The notes beneath the pieces are model-generated. The model searched no databases. It was not told the origin of the DNA and worked only from the letters and a program-made list of their open reading frames with translations. Of a DNA stretch of 64,000 nucleotides, positions 38,069-49,315 are shown piece by piece. The position numbers and the translations under genes were made by a program. The stretch covers positions 1-64,000 of the forward strand of contig DF237148.1 of the NCBI GenBank assembly GCA_000708835.1. The letters run 5' to 3'. The stretch's first letter is position 1; the number at the start of each line of letters is the position of its first letter. This stretch comes from Klebsormidium nitens (Eukaryota > Plantae > Klebsormidiophyceae).

Positions 38069-39771
38069 GAACCTACACCGCTGGCGCCCCGGCCACGATC
38101 ACATACGCCAAGCTGCCCGCCCTTCCGACCGGTCTGGGATACGCTATCGACGTGTACCAGGCGACCGGTTGCGACCTCTGGGCTTTCCCGGCGGACCCCA
38201 CCAGCAACGAGTACACCACCTGCGTCTGGTCTGCCGCCGCAACCAACGTTTCCATTTCCGTTGACGCTACCGGAACCGGAACCGCAACGGTTGCCGCCTG
38301 GAATGGAATCTTCGTCCTGCACACAGTCCCAGTCCCCAGCTTGGTCAGCTTTGCAACGGCGACCGTTGCGCGGCCCGATCCCAAAACCGCGCCAATCCTC
38401 ATTGTAAAGATCCCCGGGGCAACAGCAGTCACTATTTCCGCTTCCGTTGTGGGCGTTACTCCGGCCGGAGCCTCGGCGACCGATTCCCTCACCGGGGTCG
38501 CCGTCTTCTACCGGGGCGCCTCCCAGCCGGTACCGGTGACTGTTCCCCCGGTCGCAGTGGTCGCCGTCTTCTTCACCCAGGGCGCCTCCACAGGAGCGTT
38601 CTTTCCGTTCGCGGGGAACATCACATTCAAGGGGATCCCCCCGCCGCCCGCCGGCGAGGCCTACATCTATGACGTGTACCACGTCAGCGGGTGCGCGACC
38701 GCCATGCCGCCGTCAGCGTTTGAGAACGCGTACGCCGGGTGCGTGTGGACGTCCGCTGCGGAGCGGGCCCGGGTCCCGTATGACGCCCAAGCTGCGTCAG
38801 CAACCATCGCCCCGACGCAGCGGCATTGGAACGGCGTCTTTGTGCTGTACTCCATTCCGGCCGCCGCGTTGCCCCCGGCGCCTTCCCCACCTCCCCCGGT
38901 CATCACCGACGCCATGACTGTTGACCCGGCCGCTAACCCGGTCGTAACCCGGGCGGTCGGCGAGAGTCTAACCTTCAGCTTTGCGGCGGCTGGTGCGGCG
39001 CCTATTGAGGCGACCGCGGCGAGCTTCCCAAGCATCGACCAGGTGCCCATCTCTTACAACCTCCGCCCGGCAGCGCCGGTCGTCGGCGCGGTCGCGCTTT
39101 TCCTCACGCAGGGCGGCAGCGCCTTCGAGCCCCCGTCCGGCCAAATTGCGTTCGGAAACGTCCCCGCTCTAGTTCCGGCCACGCGGCGCGCGCTCCTAAG
39201 CGCAAGCGTCCAGTACGTGGTAGACGTGTACACGCCAACCCGGTGCAATCCGACCGGTCCTCCGACCGACTTTGCTGCCTTCTTCGGCTGTACCTGGGCG
39301 GTGGATCGAGACCTCCCGGTCACTTACAACGCCTCCGTGGGCGCCGCAACTTATGCCCCCAACCCCGACCACTGGAACGGACTCTATCTCCTTCACACCG
39401 CTGCCGTCGAAAGCCCCGCGAGTCCGCCGACTACGCCAGTTCCAACGACCGCACCCCCCCCACAAATCGCGAGCCCGCCACCCCCGAAAGAGGGGCAGGT
39501 TGCGACGGGGGGCACGAACAGAGTCGCTATCGGGCTCGGGCTTGGGGTTGGCGCGGCGGGGGCTTTGGTCCTCGCGGCGTCGGGTGCGTTTGTGACTCTT
39601 CAGCGCCGGAAGGTGGCCGCGCACCGGAGAAAGGCGCGCGCGGCGGCGGCGGCCCGGAGCGTGCAGATGGCGGAAGCGAGCCAGAGTGGAGATGGAGGAG
39701 CGCCGGACGAGCAGGGCGCGGCGGCCGGGACGAGCGTGGAAGGTTCTCAGGCTGAGATTGAAGGCACGTGA
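38069..39771 (+). CDS. Terminal exon: three Cys/Trp repeats, Pro-rich stalk, TM helix, basic stop-transfer and short tail
   Basis: Three copies of Y..DVY....C....Y..C.W....WNG.F.L, then SPASPPTTPVPTTAPPP, then VAIGLGLGVGAAGALVLAASGAFVTL-QRRKVAAHRRKAR. Confidence 0.85.
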
Positions 39772-40473
39772 TTCGGTGATGTGCGGCCAATGAGCAATTC
39801 CGTGGATCAACACTTGCGCTAGCAGTGTATATAAAGGATCCGCCAGCACGCATTTTGGTTGAAGAAAGGTTACTAGAATGACTTGGCATAGAGACTGACG
39901 TTGGCACGGCAATGAAATCATAAGGATTTCATGTGTGGCAGCCAAGTTAGCTTGCAAGGCTTAGATAGGCTGTTTCTTACTGGACAGATGCGCACTCCTG
40001 AATCGGCCCTGGTAGTTTACCAACTTGTAGTAGTAGGTTATAGTGAAGCAGATCTAGTTATTTTCCAGCAGTTGATGGGTGAACTTTGCGCTTATTATCC
40101 CGAATTTTCTGCGGATCGTGTCAGATTTGCCACGAAACACTCGAACACCTCCGGTCGGAATGATGGAGTGTGTTTGCGTCCGCATGGCACTTTGGCAGCT
40201 TACAGCTGCCATTCCGGTAGGCATGCTCAAATTGAAAGAATGCAAGAAATGTTATGTCATGACATGAGCCAGTGGGTCGATCCTATTCTAAAAATTTGGC
40301 ATCGCACTTCGTACAGCTCGCTGCATACGTTCCAAAGGAGTTGTGATCACTGAAATCGGTCAGCAGCTTGCAACTGGAAGCTAAATCGATTCATGCGCAG
40401 AGCCTCTAGCTACATGTTAATGTACCTGCGATTGCTCACTCAACTAATTAAGGTTAGAAGTATTTGCGCACTG

Positions 40474-40532
40474 NNNNNNNNNNNNNNNNNNNNNNNNNNN
40501 NNNNNNNNNNNNNNNNNNNNNNNNNNNNNNNN
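40474..40532. other. Assembly gap (N run)
   Basis: Run of N. Confidence 1.
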
Positions 40533-42095
40533 CTCCAACAATTAATTAGTTGGACGGCCCGTTGCACACGACTTGCGTGCTTCCATATTTAGAGTGACTC
40601 CATTCTCGAGTCAAGAAAGAATGGCGCACATGACTATCTCTTGACGGGGCCTGAAGGGCGCCGGCATTGGCATTGTGAGAACGGGCCGGCCCCGCGGGCC
40701 TGAAGGGAGCCGACGCGGGCGCGCTCAAGCAATCGCGGCCGCCTGAGCACTCCCCCTGCCAGCAAGCTGAGCACTGCTGGTGTACGCGCCGGTTGCGCAA
40801 CCCGGCCCCTGGCATCGGGCCAGGTCCGTCGATTCGAAAATATCGACGGTCTCAACTCACAAACCCGACATGATGTAGGTACCGAGAATGACTGCAGCCA
40901 TGTCAAATTGTGGATCCCCCATTTCCAATGTGCACAGAGCAAAATGCACATGCAAGGGCCAATGGCGAGGATGCGTCACCGTTGTGAACTGCATTCCCGT
41001 AGGACTGCGTGCTGCTGAAATGCTGCTAGCACAACAAAGCACAGCCCTTAAAGAGCTGCAAGCGTTCCCAACTCAAGCTGGCTGAGTGCACCTTAAAACC
41101 TGCTCGGATTTGGAGCTGTTGTTTCAAAAACATCATACAGCAGAATTTGATTCAAGCTTTATCAAAGCCGTTTTTCCGCCGCCTCAGCAAATTGCAGCGT
41201 GAGCTCCAAGCGACAGCTCCGAAGGCGCCTGTCAAGATTCCAGGGGGAATGGAGGCCTCTGCAAGGAACAGCCAAGTTCATTTCTCCCAGGAGGTGAGTT
41301 GCTCTGGGCAACCTTCCTATCTTTCAGTAGGTCACCGTGTCAGCACTTTTAGGCTTGCATTGTCTCAGTGACGTTGCTGAAAACAGCGCTTTATGGCCTT
41401 GAGCTTGTTCAAAGATGGGAGAGTTGCTTGTTTTGTTTCCTCCATACTCTTTGCAACCATTTTCCATCTCCTGTCCTCTTCCGGCGGTCCTCCTTTTTGC
41501 AAAGTCTCTACTATCTCATCTCCCCTCCTGCCTTACCGCTTCTCCTCCCCTTACTGCCTTCCTCTCTCTCTCTCTGTCTCTTCCACCCCTCTTCTCCCTC
41601 CAACTGTCTGCGTCCCCGTGCGCCAAGGTCCAAGCGTCCTAATAGGGTCAGTAGGCTGGAGGTATCCAGAGGACTGGCTTTATTATGAAGGAGTGACAGT
41701 ACTGTCAGTTTGGGACAGAGGAATGCGTCGGGGGGTGGTGCCTGAGGGTGTGAAAGGCCCCCCGCCAGATGCAATACGTATGTGAGTAATTCACCAGAAA
41801 CATTCTACTGCCCTGCTTCCTTAGCTGATTCGTCTTTTGGCACAGCATTCTGCCTGTGCCTTGAAAATGTCAAATGAACATCTGCATTGTCTTGATTAAG
41901 AGCTGAGGGTCTCCTAAAGCTGCTGCAGATGCTCTGAAGGTTTCCTAGCTTGTCATTCTCTATATCTCTGAACCTGCTTTTAAATGCTTGCTCAGAACTG
42001 GCTTCTCTCAGAAAGACTCTGTCAAACTTGCCTTCACACTGGCAAGCCACGTGGCAGCTTCTGACTGGCTCTCTCATCAATCCCCTATGCTTCAG

Positions 42096-45000
42096 GCGAC
42101 GCGGCGTCTGCTGCGGGACTGGAAGGAGGTGCAGAAGGAGCCTATTGACACCGTCGTGGCAAAGCCTTTGGAGAACGATCTGAGGTGCGTTGAGCGAGGA
42201 TTGTTGCTCAAACAAACTTTGCTTCTTTCTACGCTGTTAAAGCTCGTCTTAACTCATCAGCTGTTTTCTGGAGTTCACGCGCTTTCTACCGGACGGTGGC
42301 TCCCTTCCAGGGGGTGTGATTTGTTTTCTCCAGAATTTTCTCTCCAGAGTGTTGTCATGCTGCTCTTAGCTGCATCTCCAGGGGCGGGAAGCCATGTAAA
42401 GTCCAAGCAAGTTTCTTAACCCAAAAATGCAACCGGGATTGCTCACCCGCTCGCGAAAGGGGGGAAACGAGGAAAGAGAGAACCTTTCTGACACTCAAAA
42501 AGCTCGTTCCTGCAGCGAATGGCACTGCAATCTGATCCCGGACGAGGGCCCCTACCAGGGTACCGCCTTTCACCTCATCCTCAAGTTCCCAGTGGACTAC
42601 CCCAACACCCCCCCAAACGTCCGCCCCTGCACCTTCCTGAGTCACCCCGTGAGTGTAACGCTGGGCCTGCTTCCATTCTCTACGTTTCACAAACCGGTTC
42701 CACCTGCTGATGGAGGGCTTTCACCAACTCAGGTTTACAGCTTGAGAGATAGAGCTCGCGCAGGAGCAGCACTTTCAACGACAATAAAGAGCTGGTGAGG
42801 TCTAGGAAAATCTACGTTTCTATCCTAACGCTGTAAACCGCGGGAGTGTTTTTGGTACGTTAAGGCTCCTCGGATCTGCCTTTATTACGTTGCTTAGAAC
42901 CTGCTGCGCCCCACGAAGGTAGATCGGATATGTGATGATGCATCGAGGGTCAGTTTTTCCCTAAGCTCTGCTGATGCCTTTCCTTCCGCTCATTGCAGAA
43001 TGTTTTTGGCGACTGGATCTGCCTGGACATGATCAAGGAGCCCGAGTATTGCTCGAGACCATACCAAGGTCAGCCTATATTTAACGATAAAAGCTCGCCA
43101 CGGGGTTCGTATCCATGACAGCTTGGTCCACACTCATAGCCCCAATAAGAATGCCCCGTTATTAGCATAGCTGCGTTCCGCAGACCGCCGCTGTCTGAAA
43201 AACCTAGGGCAAATCGAAGGGCTGCGTTTCTAGGCGTTACAGGGGAGACTTTAATGGCGAGAATGGTGGACGTGTCAAATAAAGGGACCTCTTCAGCACT
43301 TTATGCATCTGTTGGGCCCAGAATGGAATCCCGTGATCGTGTGCAGCCGCGCGCCTAGTTCAAACACTGGCTGGGCGTCTCCACATTTTTGGGTGTTCCA
43401 GAACAATCCTTAAGGTCACTTTGATCGTCCAGGGACATACTCAGAATTGGACACGTGTCGTTTGCAGGTTGGTCCACGGCGTACAGCGTCCAAAGCGTCC
43501 TGCTACAGCTCCAGAGCTTCCTGTTTGCCGAAAACGTGCCCCAGGTCAGCTCAACCACCTTCTAACCGCTTTGTTAACACCCCATGGACCAGGTCTACTC
43601 AGCCTTCTCCAGATCTTCCGCATCGTGTCAAGAAGGACAGCATACACGCAAACATGATCAGAAAATTTTTAGGATTCCTGAAGAGACGTTCTTATTGAAG
43701 AGTTGCAACGGCCGCAAATTTGTTGCCGTTTCCATCCTAGAGATTCCTGCAACTTACTCTTGGTTGTTCAAGAGCTTAAAAGCGTTCAGGGAGACCTTTG
43801 TGGGATGAGATTTGTTTGAATCTGCCATAAGCAGCGGTTTGACAGTACTGGCAGGAATGCTGTTGCATAGCAGCAAACTATATCCTAACTAATCGCACCA
43901 AGTCGCTGAAGGCTCTACTGCACAGTTTCTTATTGTGATTCTTTCCGTCTGTTTCAGACGCGTTATGTCCGGTTCTTAATCTGTTCCGTCCGTTGAGCCT
44001 TGTGCAGGACTGGGGTGGCAACAGCGTCAACCGGGCGGCTGGGTCCGAGATCGCCCGCGCCAAGCGCGAGGCTGCAGCTTTTCACTGCGCTGAATGCGGG
44101 TTTAGGGGCTTTAGCAACGCCGCGGCCACGGCCCCAAACCTCCCCCGGGATGGGAATACCGTGGTCTTGAACGGTCGGGTGAGACAAACCTGGGACATCA
44201 CACCAATCCCTCGACTCGTCTGTCGTTTCTCGGTGCCTTCTGCAATTCCCGAGGTGCTCTTGTTTTGGCCCGCTCCCTCTACTTAAATGAACCTGATGGC
44301 GACCTTGTGATCTGCTTCATCATTGCGTTGTCTCGTCTTACGTCTCTTCCTGTTTGTAATTCTTCGAAATCCCAATTCTCCAGCTCGCCCGCTGGGCCAA
44401 CAACCTCGACGACACCGTGGAGGAACGATTCACCGTCCGCACCCGTGGCGAGGTCCGCACGCCGCGGACGCCCGATCACCGCGGCCGCGCGCCGCGCGCG
44501 CGCCCCGTACCCAACACCGTCAACGAGCTCATAGCCCGCGCTCTCGACAGAAGCGCGCGCGCCGCCAGCCCGTCGGCGTCCGAGGCAAGCTCGGAGGGCG
44601 GCCGCGTCGCGCCCACGGAAGCGCTCCAGAGCCCGCCACGTGTCCCCACCTCCCCGCCCACCCAATCCCCACAAACCTCTGCCAAGTCCTCCAACACCCC
44701 CGCCAAAGTCGTCGTCGTCCCTGCGCCGCGAGGACCTCCGACCCTACCAAACCCTGGGCCGGCAGCGGCGCCCCAAACCGTGGCAGACCCTGAGCCGGCC
44801 GCGGCGCAAAACCCCGAAACCCCGGCGGACCGCCTGAGCGAGCTCTCCACGGACGTCCTGGTGCAGATCCTGGACCGCCTGGACGCGCCGTCGCTGTCCG
44901 CGCTCGTGCGCGCGAGCCGACACTACGCGCGCGCGGCCACGGAGCGCGGCGCTTGGGTGCGCCGCGAGCTGCAGTGCTTCCACACGAAGCGCAGCTTCGG

Positions 45001-48000
45001 CGAGGAGGTTTTGGGGTTTGGGGTTGCGACCAAGGGCGAGGAGGTTGAAAATGACGGGGACTATGGGTGTCCGTGTCCGATGTGCAGACCGGACCGGCGG
45101 GCGGAACGGAAGCCGAAGGTTAGGGGCCGCTGGGAGCCGGTTCTCTCGATGGACTATCTCTCGGCGGGGGCGTTTTTTGAGGGGGGGGTACGGCGGGGCG
45201 TTTGGAACGAGAGGTAAGCGTAGGTCTGAAACAGTTGGTTTCTGACTACAGCAACTAAGTTAGATCAGCAGTGGCTGCTGGACATTGAAACATCCGGTTC
45301 GCCAAGGTGGTTCGTCAGGAACTGAATTTATGCTCACTCGTTTGCCAAGCTCAAGTAGATGTCTTTGGGAAGGTTTGCCTCAGAGGAGACGAAACATGAT
45401 CGTTACCTGCCTGCTCTCGTCAGTATACCTTCTCTGTTTCCTGTTGGAACTTTGTATTCTGAACCTGAAGCTTCCGGATTGACAGACTCGAAAACTCCAC
45501 TTACCTTACCCGAATGAATTAAGAACTAGTCGTGAAACAGAACTTACCCGATTGAACCTGAAGATTATTTGTGAAACAGAATCTCACCTTTTGTCCCTCA
45601 GGTTGGAGTGGTGGCTTCCTCTAATCTTGGACGACCAGCACTGCGCGCGCGCACTCCCCCTCCTCAAGGGCACCATCGCGGCCCTCGCCGCGAACCCCCG
45701 CCGCCCCTCCCTGCCGCGTGCTGATATTTTGCGCCACAGCTTCTCTTCTCTCGACACCCTGAAGGTGGGCACACTTACATTCTTCATCTGTGAAGTAAAC
45801 TTCTGGCAAGACATTTCCACCAAGAATACGAACTTAAAATGATAAGCTTCCCAATCCTGGTTCTCGTTCCGGATGTTGTGGAGTCCTGCCAACTGTGCTC
45901 GACCGAGTAGCTTGGAAAGTATGCTTCAGATCTCATCCTTCAGCATCCGATGAGTCAAGCTAAAGGTCCGGTCAACGCTGCAGGGAGTCGATTGCACATC
46001 TCGCAAAAGCTTGATATAAAACTCCTTCTTATTTCCTCGATTGGTTTCAAACTCCTGCTGGACAAGACTAGACTCCTGTGTCTAAATCTTCGATTCTCGG
46101 GTTCCTTTTCCGCAGGTCCTTCCTCGGCTCATGAATGGCATGGTGGTGTCGTTCATGAAGCAGGGGAGCGCAGGAAACAAGGCCGACCTGCACGCCTCCG
46201 AGAAAGCGCTCCTAGGGTAAGCCGCGTTTAGCGTCTCCGCTTCCACCCTTTTTTGCTTCTACATTTCCTTCTGGTCACCTGAGAAGCAGGGAGTTCAGTT
46301 TCGATTCACAAGCAATTAATGTGGCAAGAGTCGGTGCCAGGCAAGTGACAACGCAGCATGCAAGCGTCAATGTTGCACGATCCTGCCCTGCCTCTAAGTG
46401 AAAAGCAGAGCGATCGACTACTCTGATCATTCTGGCACCAGCACCCACAGATTGGCATCCTCGTGGCTCAGGATTCCGGTGCCTGCGCTCACGCCTTTCC
46501 CAATAAATTCGTTCGTTCGACTCTTCATATTTCTCATATTCCAGTTTCCTCTTTCCAGGGCTCATTCTAAGCTTCCACTTCCAAAGTTAGATTGAACGTC
46601 AGAACCCGTTCACGTCTGACACCGTTTTAGCGCTGCAGGGGGGGCGCTCAGAACTGCTAAAACAGATATTTTTGAAACTCTAGGTGATCTTCTAAAATTC
46701 AGTTCCCTCAACAATAAGAGCATTCCCCGGATGCAGCTACTGCCAGCTGCACCACATGCTGCTGCGCCTGGCCCAGGACTACCCGGCGCTCCAAACAGCG
46801 ATCGACCGGGCACTCTCCCGCTTCCAATCCACCCCCACCGCTCGGCACAAGAACGAGACCCCCGACCTGGGGGAACTGCTGGTGCTGCTCAGCGTCGCCA
46901 AGACCGGGGGGGTCACCTGGGACAGCCTGGCGCCCGCCTTCGTTGCGGAGACGTTCGACAGGTGCGCGCGCATTCTTCCACTTCGTGCGATCACGACCGC
47001 CCGTGACGCAGACCTTACACAAGCATAGGCTATCGAGCGGAACATGGCGTTCGTTTCACCCTCATTGAAGATTTAAGTCAGAAGCGGCCGACAGAGTCCT
47101 AGCATCTCAGTCCTCTCTTTTTCCAAATCCTTTTAATGGAAAGCCCTTGTCTTATGCTCCAACCTATCCTCGTTCCGCAAAAGCACGGATGCTAGGCTGA
47201 CGTCGTGCAGGATATTGTGACGTCATCTGACGTCATGCTCACGTTTGCAGGAACGTGCTGTGGCTGCTGCGCGAGCACCCGGAGCTGGCGGTCCTGGAAG
47301 CGGCCGATTGCGTATCGGAGCACCGCCTCGCCACCACCTTCAACGCGACCGCGACCTCGCGGCGGCTCATCATGTTCCAGGTAAGGGTTGTATCTTTTTG
47401 AGGAGGGTTTAGGACCACTGCATCTTAGATTATTGATTTCATGTATTGACGCTGTTTCTATTGCTAGGAATTGAACCTTGATTGTTAGGTGAGGATTATC
47501 ATCACAAACGTACACTTTTTCTTTGCCCTCTGGGCTGTACCGAAAGAAACCATCTTGTTGCTTCATCAGCAGTACTAAAGCGTTGAGATGGATTTACAGG
47601 AGGCGTACGCTCTGGCACATCGCACTGCACTTCTGAAAAGCTGTGGACTGTGGCACGCCCTATTCGCGCTTCTGAGAGCACACTGAAATGCTGTGTTCAA
47701 GCAACCCGCTGAACATTCATTGAGAAATTGGAAGTCACCGTGCACTTTTTCCTTTAGATGTTGGCGACAGATTGGGATACGCTGACCTGATTCTGTCAGA
47801 AGAACTTGTGTTCTGAATCTTCGGGTGTACAGTCAAGTGCGCTCTCTCCTCGACTATTCTCTTGCATATCTCCAGAATTCAGAATGGACGACTTTGGAGT
47901 ACGCACCTTCTTCAAATGGATTCGTGCAGCTTGCAAGACAAGTGCAAAGGCTAGACGGGTCAGTTCCCAGAAATTTATTCTGAAGAAAGCTAGCAGTTCT

Positions 48001-48778
48001 GACTCCGATTGCTGACGTGCAGGTGGCGTTCCTGCTGCTCGTCCGTCCGTCCGGCAGTTCCGTCCGCGACATCCTGGCGGAATATGGGCAGCGGTACGGG
48101 TACCCGCGGCCGGGCCTCACGCGCAAGCTGCAGGAGACCTGGTACCGCGTCCGAAAGGTTAGTCCACCCCACGTGCGGTAGCCTAAAAATCTGCTGAATG
48201 TTAACGCTTTCAGATCTTCAAGGATTCACTTCAGAAGGCATGATCGCTTCAGCATGCTAGACACCATTCCTCGTAATCAGATTTCTCGATCTGCATTGCG
48301 AGCTCCACATAGTTGCTTCATACTTTCTTCCCATTAACAAGTCAGCCCCTCATTTTTATCGTCCCGCTTCTCATCTAAGGCCAGGACCTCACGTGTTTGC
48401 TTTAGCTCCCAGGTTAAATCTCATCCCATGCTGTTTATTTCATCGTTCTTCTGCGCAACTCTCACGTCTTCCTATGCCTCCCAGGTTGCCACGTGGCCCG
48501 CCTACTTCGCCGAACTGGGCCTGCCGTGCCCCTCCAACCCTGCGCTGTCCAGCATGCTACGTCAGGCTGTCGTCAGCAGCAGCAGGAAGGGCTACCATTC
48601 AGTCGAGCGGCTGCGCTCAGGCCTGAATTTGAGGGGCCTTGTTTCACTGCGGCAGCAAAAAGAGCGGGCTCGGGGCGTGAGTCCTAGCGTGACGGGCCGG
48701 AGGGAAACGGGGCCTTGGCGGCGGGAGGGGAGGGACAATGCGGAAGGGAATGGTGAGAGCTTATGGCTGCTTCCTTGA
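42096..48778 (+). CDS. Ubiquitin-conjugating enzyme (E2) domain protein with CxxC, F-box-like motif and conserved unnamed C-terminal domain; copy 1, intact (~810 aa plus first exon)
   Basis: Exons 42096-42184, 42516-42648, 42999-43068, 43468-43544, 44008-44178, 44384-45213, 45602-45764, 46116-46216, 46737-46961, 47251-47380, 48023-48157, 48485-48778; all phases consistent. UBC: RRLLRDWKE..EWHCNL..GPYQG..FHLILKFPVDYPNTPP..HPNVFGDWICLD..GWSTAYSVQSVLLQLQSFL. F-box-like: LSELSTDVLVQILDRLDAPSLSAL. Candidate ATG exon 41249-41293 (MEASARNSQVHFSQE|gtgagt, phase 0). Confidence 0.85.
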
Positions 48779-49145
48779 AGATATATTATTAAGGACGATG
48801 GAAGTAAGCCCGAAAGACGCTTTTGCGAAGTTAGTTCAAGTTTTTCTACACGTGTCCTTTTCACCAGGTCGGGGGTCTAGTGGGACCGTGAAATTGTGAG
48901 CCCTGAAGCGGCCTTCATCTCAAAGTCCTGAAGTCATGTGCTTTCACTTGACGTTTAGTTGACAGCCTACCGAAACAATCCACTACTTTTGTACCAAAGA
49001 CATCCGTCTTACCAGCGAAGCTGAACGCTGGCTTGTAACTCTCCGTGCTTACTTGCCATCCTTTTGACGCGGACGGCAAACTTGACTCTGCCGCATACGC
49101 TGCCAGGTTTTTTTGAAAGTGACCAAAACAGACTCTTGCTCGCAG

Positions 49146-49315
49146 GCCCTGTTTCGAGCGCGAGCAGCGGTCAGCCACAGCCTTCTTCGTGGTGGGACAG
49201 ACCTAACAGGGCCTCCTCTACTGCGAGAGATCAGAGGGCTGCACCTCGTCAGCCGAGTCAACCGACTGTAGTTAGCTTGAACCCCTTCGCTGTTCTTGAA
49301 ATAGATAGTGAATAG
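49146..49315 (+). CDS. Possible alternative or true last exon of E2 copy 1
   Basis: A donor AAT G|gtgaga at 48753 (phase 1) joins tcgcag|GC CCT in frame to give GPVSSASSGQPQPSSWWDRP...SLNPFAVLEIDSE*. Confidence 0.3.

Larger units (their letters stand above)
1659..39771 (+). pseudogene. Giant (~6,700 aa) single-pass cell-surface protein gene (IPT/TIG, cadherin-like, filamin/Ig-like repeats, REJ-like, TM); disrupted as assembled (pseudogene or partly sequencing error)
   Basis: Exons: 1659-1749(?), 2116-2160, 2533-2769, 3005-3349, 4667-4978, 5331-5518+6571-7857, 8370-9464, 10196-11482, 11954-12071, 12575-12899, 13493-14867, 15684-16856, 17449-17784, 18331-18524, 19042-19177, 19835-21672, 22294-24309, 24873-25085, 25502-25815, 26238-28123, 28597-28847, 29314-29523, 29908-30205, 30788-31299, 32012-32506, 33269-33619, 34206-34625, 35099-35355, 35874-36226, 36690-37340, 38069-39771 (TGA). 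Junction phases are compatible except where a lesion shifts them, and motifs read across junctions (PRDT|YGN, QLR|DAYGN, TAV|DQLG, LKDAG|GN). Lesions: insertion 5519-6570, TAG 6625, TGA 14343, frameshifts near 16721, 22514, 23950, 26991 and 29314. The start-codon exon is not fixed. Confidence 0.75.

Noticed and set aside
6600-39900. Many minus-strand and off-frame ORFs overlapping the large exons
   Set aside because: Shadow ORFs of GC-rich coding sequence, with no motifs or independent splice pattern.
41640-41785. Possible extra 5' exon of E2 copy 1 (GWRYPEDWLYYEG...)
   Set aside because: No counterpart was found upstream of copy 2 and no phase-consistent acceptor could be established.
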